From positions 3,344 to 67,343 of the forward strand of contig SXLG01000092.1 in assembly GCA_005777805.1 (NCBI GenBank): a DNA stretch of 64,000 nt. Direction: 5' to 3'. The stretch is from Pseudomonadota bacterium (lineage in GTDB: Bacteria; Desulfobacterota; Binatia; UBA12015). Shown here piece by piece: positions 45,244 through 53,250 of this stretch. How positions within the stretch are numbered: position 1 is the first letter of the stretch; each line of letters opens with the position of its first letter. The notes beneath the pieces are model-generated. The model worked only from the letters and a program-made list of their open reading frames with translations, did not search any database and was not told the origin of the DNA. Both the position numbers and the translations under genes were made by a program.

Positions 45244-48200
45244 ATGGTTTTGCGGCCGCAACGCAACACAGCCGACGCTGCGGCGGAGATCCCGAGCCAG
45301 CGTCCGCACCCGCGCGTCTTCGTCGGCCGGAAGGCCGCGCTCGCCAAGCTGGCGACGCTCGGCGCACGGGCGCGGGCTGGGCGAGGCGAGTTCGCTCTGG
45401 TTTGTGGCGAGGCCGGGATCGGCAAGACCTCGCTGCTCGAGCATGTCGCCGCCAGCTTCGGAGGACTCGCCGCGCAGGCAACATCGCTACCGGCCGATGA
45501 CGGGCCGGCCTTGTCGCCATGGCGCTCGATCGTGGGAACGTTGCTCCATCGCACCGACCACGCCGCACTCGCGCCCGGCCTGCGAGCCGAGTTCGAGATC
45601 TTCGCGGCCGGAGGTGCGACGGATACGGTCGGCGAGGGCAATCCGGCGGCGGCGAGCTTCGCGCTGTCGCGGGCGATCGGCCGTCTGGTCCGGGCGTGCG
45701 GGCCCACTCTGATCACGCTCGATGACCACCACTGGGCCGACCCCGCGTCGCGCCACCTGCTCGAGCGCCTCGCGGCGTCGGTCGCCGAACTCCCGGTGCT
45801 GCTGGTCGTCGGTCTGCGCGATGGCGAGATCGAGCCCAAGACTCTGGCGAGACTGCTGCGCCTGGCGACCTTGATCCACCTCGACCCGTTCTCCGCCGCC
45901 GAGGCAAGGGCGCTGTTCGACGCTCTCGGGGAACCACCCGACCGGCTCGAGCGACTCATGGACGCCAGCGCCGGTAACCCACTTCTACTGACGGACATGA
46001 TCGTCACAACGGGAGCGTCGGAATCGGTGGGTGTCTCGCTCTCCGGCCGATTCTTCCTCCGCGAACGGATAGCCTCCCTCGATGCGGAGACCCTCGAGCT
46101 GCTGCGCGTGCTCGCCCTGATCGGCCAGCCTCTCCCACTCGATCGGCTCGCGGGACATCTCGACCAGCCTCGGCCCCTGGTGGCCGAGCGGGTCGAGCGG
46201 GCGGTTCGTGCCGCGCTGCTATGTGCCGACCCGCTCGATCCGAGTCGCTATGATTTTGTCCACGACATCTATCGCGAAGCCGTGTTGCGCGATCTGCCGG
46301 CGGCAGACCGGCAACGCTCCCACCTCGAAATCGCGCTCGAACTCGGAGCCGACAGCGACATCGCTCGCGGCTCCGCGGCCGAACTCGCCCGCCATCTGCT
46401 GGCAGCGGGGAAGTTGGCCGATCCGGCGCGGGTGAGCCTCTGGTGCCAGCGGGCCGGGCGCGAGGCCATGGCGGCTGCCGATTCGCTGCGGGCGGTCGAG
46501 TGGTTCGAATCCGCCCTGCACGCCGATGGTGGCCGGCCCACCGGCCGCAGCGCGGATTCGCCGCAGGACCGGCTACTCGATCTGGCCCGGGCGCACGTCC
46601 TCTCGGGCAGCCGTGCGCAGGCCGAGGAAATCTACGCTCACCTCATGGTCGACGCCCGTACCGCTGGCGATGCCCGCCTGCTCGCGCGGGCGGTACTGGG
46701 CCTGACGAGCCCGCCGACTTCCTCCCAAAATCCGAGGAAGGAACTCATCGCTCTCCTCGAGGAAGCGTTGCGCACGATCGGCCCCGACGAGCTCGCCTTG
46801 CGCGCCGGGCTCGGCGCGCGACTGGCGAGCGCGACCTATTTCCAGAGCGACCTCGCTGCGTGCCAGCAGCTCGCTGGCGCCGCAGTAGAAGAGGCGCGCC
46901 GAACGGGCGACCGGGCCCTCCTTCTCTCGACGCTGCTGTCACACCGGTTTGTCCTCTGGGGGCCGGATCAGATGGAGGTGCAGGAGGCTATCCTCGCCGA
47001 ACTCTTCGCGCTGCACAGAGAGGGGATCGGCAACTCGCGGGACCGCCAGATGATCCACATCTGGGGCGCGCAGCATCGGCTGGTCCAGGGATCGCGGCAC
47101 CATCTCGACATCGCCCTCGCCCGCTGGCGGGCGGAGGTCGAACGCACCAACGCCCCGGGCCTCCTGGCGTCGCTGCAGTTGGTCGAGGGAGCATGCGCCC
47201 TCATGGACGGCAGGCTCGAGGCAACCGAAGCCGCAGTGGCCTCGGTCACGCAGGAGTTCTCCGACCTGGAAGATCCCGACCTCGAGAACCGCCGCCAATA
47301 CTGCCTGGTGCAATTCTTCCGCGTTCGTCGTGAGCGGCGCGACCTGGCAACGCTTGAGACCGTCGTGCGCGCACTGGTCGCCGAATACCCGGGGGGCGCG
47401 ATCTGGCGGGCGGGGCTTGTGATGCTGCTCGCCGACGAGGGCCGCACCGAGGACTGCGTGGCTGAGATCGAGCGCCTACGCGCGGGCGGGTTCGCGCAGA
47501 TCCCGCGCGATGGCAACTGGCTGCCGGCGATGGCGGCGCTCGCCGAAGCCGCCGCATCCCTCGAGCACCGCCCGGCGGCGCGCGAGATCCTTGACCTGCT
47601 CACGCCGCTATCACCGCGCAGCGTGGTGGTCGCAACCGGCGTCGATTGCTGGGGGTCCCTGTCCCGCTATCGTGGCCTGCTGCACGAGGCTCTTGGGCAG
47701 CACGACGCGGCGGCAGCAAGTTTCGAAGCGGCACTGAGCGAGGATCAGCGTGCAGGAAACCTGCTCGCTGCCGCCTACGACCAGCTCGGACTGGCGCGCC
47801 TGCTGCGCCGGGAGGCAGGGCCGGGATCGGGGCGACGCGCCAAGCGACTGCTCGCGAAGGCCCACGAATTTGCGCTTGGACGGGGGCTCTCGCGCCTGCT
47901 CGGGCTGATCGATGCCGCCACCGTGGAGCCCGCAGCGGTGCCTCGCGCCCAGGCCAGCGTCGCCTCGGGCCGACGCACGGCGATCTTCCGCCCCGATGCC
48001 ACCGGCTGGACGGTCGGGTGGGAAGACGAGCCCCTCCTCCTGCCCTCGACGCGCGGCATGGCACCTATCCACCGCTTGCTCCAGACGCCCGGCGAGACGG
48101 TGTCGGCGGTCGAGCTGAACCAGAGCGAGGCCGCAGCAATCGGCGCGAGCACCCTGCGCGAGTTGCAGGTCGCGCAGGGTGCGGGTTCCCCGACCCCACT

Positions 48201-48555
48201 TCTGGATCGGCAAGCTCTGAACGAAATCCGGGTGCGACTCGAGGATCTCCACAAGGAGATCAGCGCGGCGGATGAGGCCAACGATCTCGGTCGGGCCGAG
48301 AGCCTGCGCGCCGAGGTCGACCGCATCACCGAGATCCTCGAGAGGGGCCTCGATCACCGCCACCGCTCGCGCAGCTTCGTCAGCGAGACCGAGCGCGCCC
48401 GGATCAATGTCACACGAAATATCCGCGCGGCCATCGGCCGACTGCGCCAGGTCACGCCCGACCTGGGCCAGCATCTCGATCGGCTGATCACGACGGGCCG
48501 GATGTGCTCCTACACCCCCGATCCGCTCGCACCGCTCGATATCGTACTGCACTGA
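45244..48555 (+). CDS. Large STAND/AAA_16-type P-loop ATPase with a TPR-like helical array and a conserved C-terminal module; no recognisable DNA-binding or effector domain
   Basis: Text: FVGRKAALAKL...FALVCGEAGIGKTSLLEHV (Walker A); TLITLDDHHWAD (Walker B). A long helical repeat region follows. C-terminus: TAIFRPDATGWTVGWEDEPLLLPSTRGMAPIHRLLQTPGETVSAVEL...SETERARINVTRNIRAAIGRL...TGRMCSYTPDP. Start at 45244 or 45193. The 5' part of track ORF 44656..48555 overlaps dnaE2 and was trimmed. Confidence 0.85.
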   Translation: MVLRPQRNTADAAAEIPSQRPHPRVFVGRKAALAKLATLGARARAGRGEFALVCGEAGIGKTSLLEHVAASFGGLAAQATSLPADDGPALSPWRSIVGTLLHRTDHAALAPGLRAEFEIFAAGGATDTVGEGNPAAASFALSRAIGRLVRACGPTLITLDDHHWADPASRHLLERLAASVAELPVLLVVGLRDGEIEPKTLARLLRLATLIHLDPFSAAEARALFDALGEPPDRLERLMDASAGNPLLLTDMIVTTGASESVGVSLSGRFFLRERIASLDAETLELLRVLALIGQPLPLDRLAGHLDQPRPLVAERVERAVRAALLCADPLDPSRYDFVHDIYREAVLRDLPAADRQRSHLEIALELGADSDIARGSAAELARHLLAAGKLADPARVSLWCQRAGREAMAAADSLRAVEWFESALHADGGRPTGRSADSPQDRLLDLARAHVLSGSRAQAEEIYAHLMVDARTAGDARLLARAVLGLTSPPTSSQNPRKELIALLEEALRTIGPDELALRAGLGARLASATYFQSDLAACQQLAGAAVEEARRTGDRALLLSTLLSHRFVLWGPDQMEVQEAILAELFALHREGIGNSRDRQMIHIWGAQHRLVQGSRHHLDIALARWRAEVERTNAPGLLASLQLVEGACALMDGRLEATEAAVASVTQEFSDLEDPDLENRRQYCLVQFFRVRRERRDLATLETVVRALVAEYPGGAIWRAGLVMLLADEGRTEDCVAEIERLRAGGFAQIPRDGNWLPAMAALAEAAASLEHRPAAREILDLLTPLSPRSVVVATGVDCWGSLSRYRGLLHEALGQHDAAAASFEAALSEDQRAGNLLAAAYDQLGLARLLRREAGPGSGRRAKRLLAKAHEFALGRGLSRLLGLIDAATVEPAAVPRAQASVASGRRTAIFRPDATGWTVGWEDEPLLLPSTRGMAPIHRLLQTPGETVSAVELNQSEAAAIGASTLRELQVAQGAGSPTPLLDRQALNEIRVRLEDLHKEISAADEANDLGRAESLRAEVDRITEILERGLDHRHRSRSFVSETERARINVTRNIRAAIGRLRQVTPDLGQHLDRLITTGRMCSYTPDPLAPLDIVLH

Positions 48556-48690
48556 GAGGGCGTGGGCGTTTCCCTGATTCCGGGTCCTGGCGGGGCCAGA
48601 GGGGTGATGGGCCTCTCGCCGTCGCCGCCCCACCTCCGCCGCAGTTCCTTCACGGCCCCTGAGGCCCGGGACGCCGGACGACTCGCAACT

Positions 48691-48939
48691 TCAGCGTGGC
48701 CCGGTCTCCCCCCGCGCCCGACGCCGGCGGCTGGGCGCCGGGCGAGCGGCGGCCTCCGGCGGTGCTTGCGTCTCGCGTTCCTGCGGGCCCGCGCCGGGCG
48801 GCTTCGGCTCGCCGACTCGGCTCCCCGCCCTGCCGGCAAGGATGTCGAACAAGTCGCCCAGGTGTCGGACCCGTCGCTGGTCGCGGTGGCGCGACTGGCG
48901 CAAGCGCTCGAGCAGCTTCTTCGTGGCGTCCCCGGCCAT
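48691..48939 (-). CDS. Possible small basic protein (82 aa), function unknown; low confidence
   Basis: ATG at 48939 within track ORF 48691..49143. Text: MAGDATKKLLERLRQSRHRDQRRVRHLGDLFDILAG..., then a Pro/Arg-rich tail. In this register GC3 is about 87% for the minus frame against about 73% for the co-registered plus frame (my hand count over 45 codons). The palindrome GGAACAGTGTTCC lies 27 nt upstream. Confidence 0.3.
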   Translation of the reverse strand: MAGDATKKLLERLRQSRHRDQRRVRHLGDLFDILAGRAGSRVGEPKPPGAGPQERETQAPPEAAARPAPSRRRRARGETGPR

Positions 48940-48965
48940 CTCGTGGGGGAACCGTTCAATCCCAT

Positions 48966-48978
48966 GGAACAGTGTTCC
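48966..48978. promoter_or_regulatory. Perfect 13-bp palindrome GGAACAGTGTTCC (GAACA-N-TGTTC family)
   Basis: Read directly at 48966-48978. Same core as 4918-4932 and 49198-49208. It shares the 3' extension TGTTCCCT with the 49.2 kb site. Confidence 0.35.
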
Positions 48979-49191
48979 CTCCCGGCCGCCCCGCGCGCGG
49001 ACCGGGAAGGTACGCCAGTGCGGATGAACCCTCTGCGGTTGGAACACTTCGCCACGGGCGCATCCGCCGGCGGCCTGCCGACGCACCGCGCCAGCGCCTC
49101 GATTCCCGCGCCGAGTTGGAGAATCTCCCGGATGATGATCCAAGGGTCATTTTCAGCGACCGTACAGCGCTCAAAACCCACCTCTCGCCCC

Positions 49192-49231
49192 GAGAACGAA
49201 CATTGTTCCCTGAGAACGAACGGTGAACATG
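49192..49231. promoter_or_regulatory. GAACATTGTTC palindrome embedded in a 20-bp direct repeat (GAGAACGAAC x2) and followed by GGTGAACATG
   Basis: Read directly: GAGAACGAACATTGTTCCCTGAGAACGAACGGTGAACATG. The palindrome core is at 49198-49208. GAGAACGAAC occurs at 49192 and 49212. A minus-strand GTG-initiated ORF starts 17 nt away, at 49181. Confidence 0.35.
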
Positions 49232-49572
49232 TCCCTCGCCACGCACCTCTGCCTCACTCCAGGCGAGCCCGCTCCCCTGTGACCCGCAAAGACGGTCGCC
49301 GGCACGAACGCTCTACCCCGACCGAGCTGGCTGCCCCTGCGACGCGGGCAGGATCACGCCCTCGGCGCGGGCGGCTGTCATTCTCCCACGACCATGACCC
49401 AACGTATTCCGGGGTGTCGCAGGAGCATGACCCAAGGGGAGATCTCCGCTCGGGGACGTTCGCGCCGACTACGGAACGACAGCCCGTCCACAATCACGCG
49501 GCGCCGGGTCGGGCCGTGGTCGGCTCTGGGCAGTCGGGCTGGCCGCCGCAGCGGGGCTCGGGAGCGCCAGCC

Positions 49573-49680
49573 GTGCAAGCGGCTACCAGGCCGACCGTGC
49601 GCCGTCGCGTTCGAGGACGGCGGTGAGCGTCGCCAGCGCGCCTGTGCAAGCGGCTACCAGGCCGACCGTGCGCCGTCGCG
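49573..49680. repeat. Perfect 37-bp direct repeat (two copies, 71 bp apart) duplicating the last 8 codons, the stop and 10 nt of 3' flank of the FixH-like gene
   Basis: gtgcaagcggctaccaggccgaccgtgcgccgtcgcg occurs at 49573-49609 and again at 49644-49680. On the minus strand it reads RDGARSAW-stop. Confidence 0.85.
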
Positions 49681-50277
49681 GCGCGGCCGCGCCGCGAGTC
49701 CCTGGCGCAAGGCAAATGCCGCGACCATCACGCTGAGCGCAGCGAGAGTCCAGGCAAAAATCGGTGGGCCTGCCGGCGCGACGTCGATCTCCGCGACGTA
49801 TCGTCCGGCGGGCCCCGCGCCGTCGCGCGCCTCGATCTCGATCCGCCAGCGGCCCGCGACCGAGAGCGGCACATGCGCCACCCCGAGCATGCTGCCGGCC
49901 GCCGCGACGGGCGTCGTGAAAACCTCGACGCGGCGGCCCGAGGTCACAGCCCGCACCGCAACGCGCACCCGTGGCGCGCGGGCGGCGTCGGCCCACTCCC
50001 CGGGCAGCAGCACCGCGAGTTCGACTTGACCGACGCGCACCGGCTGTGGCGAGAGGAAGACCTCCAGCGCGAGCGGTCCTGTGCGGTGGCCGGCGAGCGG
50101 CACACCAACGCTGGCCCCGGCCGCCCCCGCAAGCCAACTCAGCCCAACCCACAGCAACGCCCCCAGGCACAGCAGCCGCGCTCCCCCGTGCCACCACCAG
50201 CCCGCCGAATCCGACGACACCAGAGCCCCCGGGCCCGCGCCCTGGGCGCGGTCGCGCCGGCTCCTCACGGTCGCCAC
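49654..50277 (-). CDS. Membrane-anchored FixH/YtkA-like (Ig-like) domain protein
   Basis: N-terminal TM: ARLLCLGALLWVGLSWLAGAAGA. Beta-sandwich-like text: PLALEVFLSPQPVRVGQVELAVLLPGE...RVAVRAVTSGRRVEVFTTP...LSVAGRWRIEIEARDG...YVAEIDVAP. C-terminal TM helix. The GTG start at 50277 overlaps the upstream gene by 13 nt; alternatively a GTGA overlap at 50268. Confidence 0.6.
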   Translation of the reverse strand: MATVRSRRDRAQGAGPGALVSSDSAGWWWHGGARLLCLGALLWVGLSWLAGAAGASVGVPLAGHRTGPLALEVFLSPQPVRVGQVELAVLLPGEWADAARAPRVRVAVRAVTSGRRVEVFTTPVAAAGSMLGVAHVPLSVAGRWRIEIEARDGAGPAGRYVAEIDVAPAGPPIFAWTLAALSVMVAAFALRQGLAARPRRDGARSAW

Positions 50278-52928
50278 CCCGCAGCCGTGCCGCGCATCTC
50301 CATCGGAGCGAGGAGCACGCCTGCTGCGGCGGCAAAGATCAGCACCGCCAGGCCGAACCAGGGCAGCGCCAGTCGCGCCGCTGGCGCCAGCGCGATCGCA
50401 CTTGACGTACCTGTCCTCACTGAATTAGCGGAAGCGACTTGCCCGGCCGTGGCGGCCGTCTCGGTCAGGTCGCGCGCGATGCGGCCGAGCACGGCGCAAC
50501 TCATGACGAGCCCGACCGCGAGGGCGACCAGCGTCCCACTCCCCGCGCTGGTGGCGTGCGCGCTGGGGGCGGCCGCGATCGCGACGAGACCCGCGGGCAG
50601 GGCCGCGCCGGAGACACGCGCCGCAGCCGGCACCAGCGCCGCCCAGCCACTGGCGAAATGAGCGCAGAAATGAATCAGCCAGATCGCACAGCCGAGCGGT
50701 ACGAGCGCTGGCACCAGCGCGGCCGCGAGCACGCCCACGCCGAGGCGCAGATGTGCGAGCCGGCGGCCGAGTGCCGCGGCGGCCAGCACGAGTGCGGGGG
50801 CAAGAGCGCCCAGCGCGAGCAGCATCCAGGCCGCGGTGACCACGCCACCGGACACGACGGCGAGCCCTGCCCGCGCACCGAGCCACGCCTCGCCACGCAC
50901 CACCGGCGCGCTCATTCCAGCCGCGTTGACCAGCGCACCGAACACAAAGAGTCCCATCAGGGCGGCGAAATCCCGGCGGTGACGCAGCCTCCCGATCGAG
51001 GCGCGGGCGCCCGCGAACGCGAGTTCGCGCGTCGGCGTCCGTACCTGGAGCCCGACGTTCCCCACCGGGCAGGCGCGCACGCAATCGAGGCAGAAGGTGC
51101 AGTCGAGGTTGCCGCGCTTGGTCGGCAGGTAAAGGCCGAGTTCACAGCCGCGCCCGCCCGCGCCACCGCGCAGGCACTCGCGACTGGTGCAGCTGGCGCA
51201 AATCGCGGGCTCGCGCACCGCGACCTCCAGTGGTGACAACGTCGAGGCGACGAAGTTCATCTGCCCGATCGGGCAGAGCCATTTGCAGAAGCTCGCCCCG
51301 GCAAAGAGGACATCAACCACCAGCGCCGCTGCGAAGTAGGCCAGCACCACCCATGCGGTGGCACCCGGGTCGTCCCAAAGATCGAACACCTCGTAGGCCA
51401 CGAACCCGCAGAGGAGCAGTGCCACCGCGATCCATTTGCGTCGGAGCACCCGTGGCCAGCGCCGATCCGGCCGCACCCAGCGTCGTGCCAGATCGCGCGG
51501 CAGCATGAAGGGACACACGCCGCAGAAGAGATTGCCCGCGGCCAGCAGGCCGGCGAAGAGCAGCGTGCGCCACCACGTCCATGGCAAAATACCAGCGAGG
51601 TTCTCGCTGCTGCGCACCGGCCCGTTCAGACCGTCCATCACCACAATCGCGGCAAGCCCGCAGAGCAGGAGCTGGACCGCGCGCCGCGTGCCGAGTGCGC
51701 CCACGAACCGGCCCAGACGGTGCCAGACCCGGACGTCGAGGCCCGCCGCCGCGCCGATCCTGACCGCACCCGGAGCCCACGCCCGCCACCACCCGGCGGT
51801 TCCAGGTGCCGGCTTCGCCAAGGCGCCGATCGCGGCCCCGCCCGGAACCACCGCCAAACGCCCGCTCGCTCCGGCAACGCCTCCCGGCACGAGTGCGCGG
51901 CCACCCACACCGTCAAGCCCGAGACGGCGCGGCGGCGCACCAGTACCGCCACCGACGGCCGCCACAGGCGCGAGGAGTCGCCCGACGATCAGCGCCACCG
52001 GCACGAGAAACGCCACCGAGCCCACGACCCACATCAGAGCCCCCGCACGGGCCTGATCCGCAAGTGCATCGATCCCCCACGGCCGGGGCACACCGGCGTA
52101 GTGCGGGTAGAGTACGCGCTCGCCGAAGACGAAGAGTGCGGCAAGTGCTGTGTTTTGCAGGTCGGCGATCAGCAAGTAAGGGATCATCGCCCAGCGAGAC
52201 CAGCGCGGGTGGAAGGGCGGCGGCTCGACCAGCGGCCACCAGAAGAGGAGGCCCGCCGCGAGGAAAGAGGCGTGCTCGGCGGCGTGCCACTGCGGGTCGG
52301 CAAGCGCGCGCTGGTAGAGCGCGGGGAAGTGCCAGAGCCAGCTACTGGCGATCAGTGCGACGGCGGCCGTGACCGGATGAACCAGAACGCTGCCGAGCAC
52401 GCGCAGGCGCGGGTCTGCGAAGAGTGGCGCCACCACCTGCCGCAGCACGGGGCGCGGCAGTCCGCGCAGAATCACCGCCGGCGGCGCGCCCAGGAGAAGC
52501 AGTGGCGGCACGACCATCGCGAGCAGCAGGTGTTGTGCCATGTGCGCCACGAGCAGGAACGCTCCGAGCCCGTCGAGCGGCGAATAGAGTGCGAGGCCCA
52601 GCGCGGCGAGCGCCGCAACGAAGCAGCCGCCGCGCCAACGCGGGAAGAGATCCGGTCGCCGCCGGCGCAAGGCCCGCGCGCCGCGCACCTCCACCGCGAC
52701 GAGCAGAGCGAGCCCGAGCCAAGCGGTCGGATCGGGAGTCTCGAGACCCAGGGCTGGTGCTGCGGGCAGATTCACCTGATCGTCACCGGCGGCCTCGCGG
52801 CGAGCCTGCGGCTCCCGACACAGCACAGGAACCGCCACAGCGGAAGCGGCCGCAGGCACAGCGGCGTGCAGAAGACCGGTCCAACCGCCAAGCGGCCGCG
52901 AGGCAGTAGGTCTCCTCATCGAGAACAT
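50265..52928 (-). CDS. Polytopic membrane fusion protein: N-terminal Caa3_CtaG-like (cytochrome oxidase assembly / CopD-related) domain, then a FixG/CcoG/NapH-like iron-sulfur membrane domain, then extra C-terminal TM helices
   Basis: ATG at 52928 (MFSMRRP) inside track ORF 50265..53108. CtaG-like: FLLVAHMAQHLLLAMVVPPLLLLGAP...HPVTAAVALIASSWLWHFPALY...EHASFLAAGLLFWWPLV. FixG/NapH-like: NLFCGVCPFMLPRD, ASFCKWLCPIGQ, CASCTSRECL, LDCTFCLDCVRACPVGNV. Confidence 0.85.
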   Translation of the reverse strand: MFSMRRPTASRPLGGWTGLLHAAVPAAASAVAVPVLCREPQARREAAGDDQVNLPAAPALGLETPDPTAWLGLALLVAVEVRGARALRRRRPDLFPRWRGGCFVAALAALGLALYSPLDGLGAFLLVAHMAQHLLLAMVVPPLLLLGAPPAVILRGLPRPVLRQVVAPLFADPRLRVLGSVLVHPVTAAVALIASSWLWHFPALYQRALADPQWHAAEHASFLAAGLLFWWPLVEPPPFHPRWSRWAMIPYLLIADLQNTALAALFVFGERVLYPHYAGVPRPWGIDALADQARAGALMWVVGSVAFLVPVALIVGRLLAPVAAVGGGTGAPPRRLGLDGVGGRALVPGGVAGASGRLAVVPGGAAIGALAKPAPGTAGWWRAWAPGAVRIGAAAGLDVRVWHRLGRFVGALGTRRAVQLLLCGLAAIVVMDGLNGPVRSSENLAGILPWTWWRTLLFAGLLAAGNLFCGVCPFMLPRDLARRWVRPDRRWPRVLRRKWIAVALLLCGFVAYEVFDLWDDPGATAWVVLAYFAAALVVDVLFAGASFCKWLCPIGQMNFVASTLSPLEVAVREPAICASCTSRECLRGGAGGRGCELGLYLPTKRGNLDCTFCLDCVRACPVGNVGLQVRTPTRELAFAGARASIGRLRHRRDFAALMGLFVFGALVNAAGMSAPVVRGEAWLGARAGLAVVSGGVVTAAWMLLALGALAPALVLAAAALGRRLAHLRLGVGVLAAALVPALVPLGCAIWLIHFCAHFASGWAALVPAAARVSGAALPAGLVAIAAAPSAHATSAGSGTLVALAVGLVMSCAVLGRIARDLTETAATAGQVASANSVRTGTSSAIALAPAARLALPWFGLAVLIFAAAAGVLLAPMEMRGTAAGWRP

Positions 52929-53250
52929 CGCCCCCTGCCGACGCGCGAGTTGCGTAGTCGGATTCTCGGCTCGGACCGCGAGCGCGCGCGGCTCCCAGGG
53001 GAAGTGCGCTCGCCCGCCGCGCACTCCACCCACGTCGCGAGCGCCGCAGCGGTTGCGTGCCGGCTCCCAGCTGCGGTCCTTGGAGTGGGCTGCGCCATCG
53101 CGTGGCACCAGGACCGGGGACTTCTCCCGCTATCCGGGCGGAATCGACTTTCCGCGTAATCGTCACCTTGGCGGAGCCACTTTCCCATGACAGGCTCGGT
53201 TACGCCCGCGTTCCCCCCCCGTGACGCGGCTGCATCCTCAGGAGGACCTC

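Noticed and set aside
46496-46515. A tRNA-like T-loop string, GGTTCGAATCC.
   Set aside because: It lies inside the ATPase coding frame (AVEWFESAL). The flanking bases cannot form a T-stem or the rest of a cloverleaf.
48510-49181. A 223-aa minus-strand ORF as a single real gene, including a weak resemblance of ILQLGAGIEALARCVGR to the LLxxGxxLxxIQxLLGH segment of tyrosine recombinases.
   Set aside because: The text is protein-like for only about 45 residues. The catalytic R-H...Y context is absent and the remainder is low-complexity. I report it as an unresolved locus, not as an integrase remnant.
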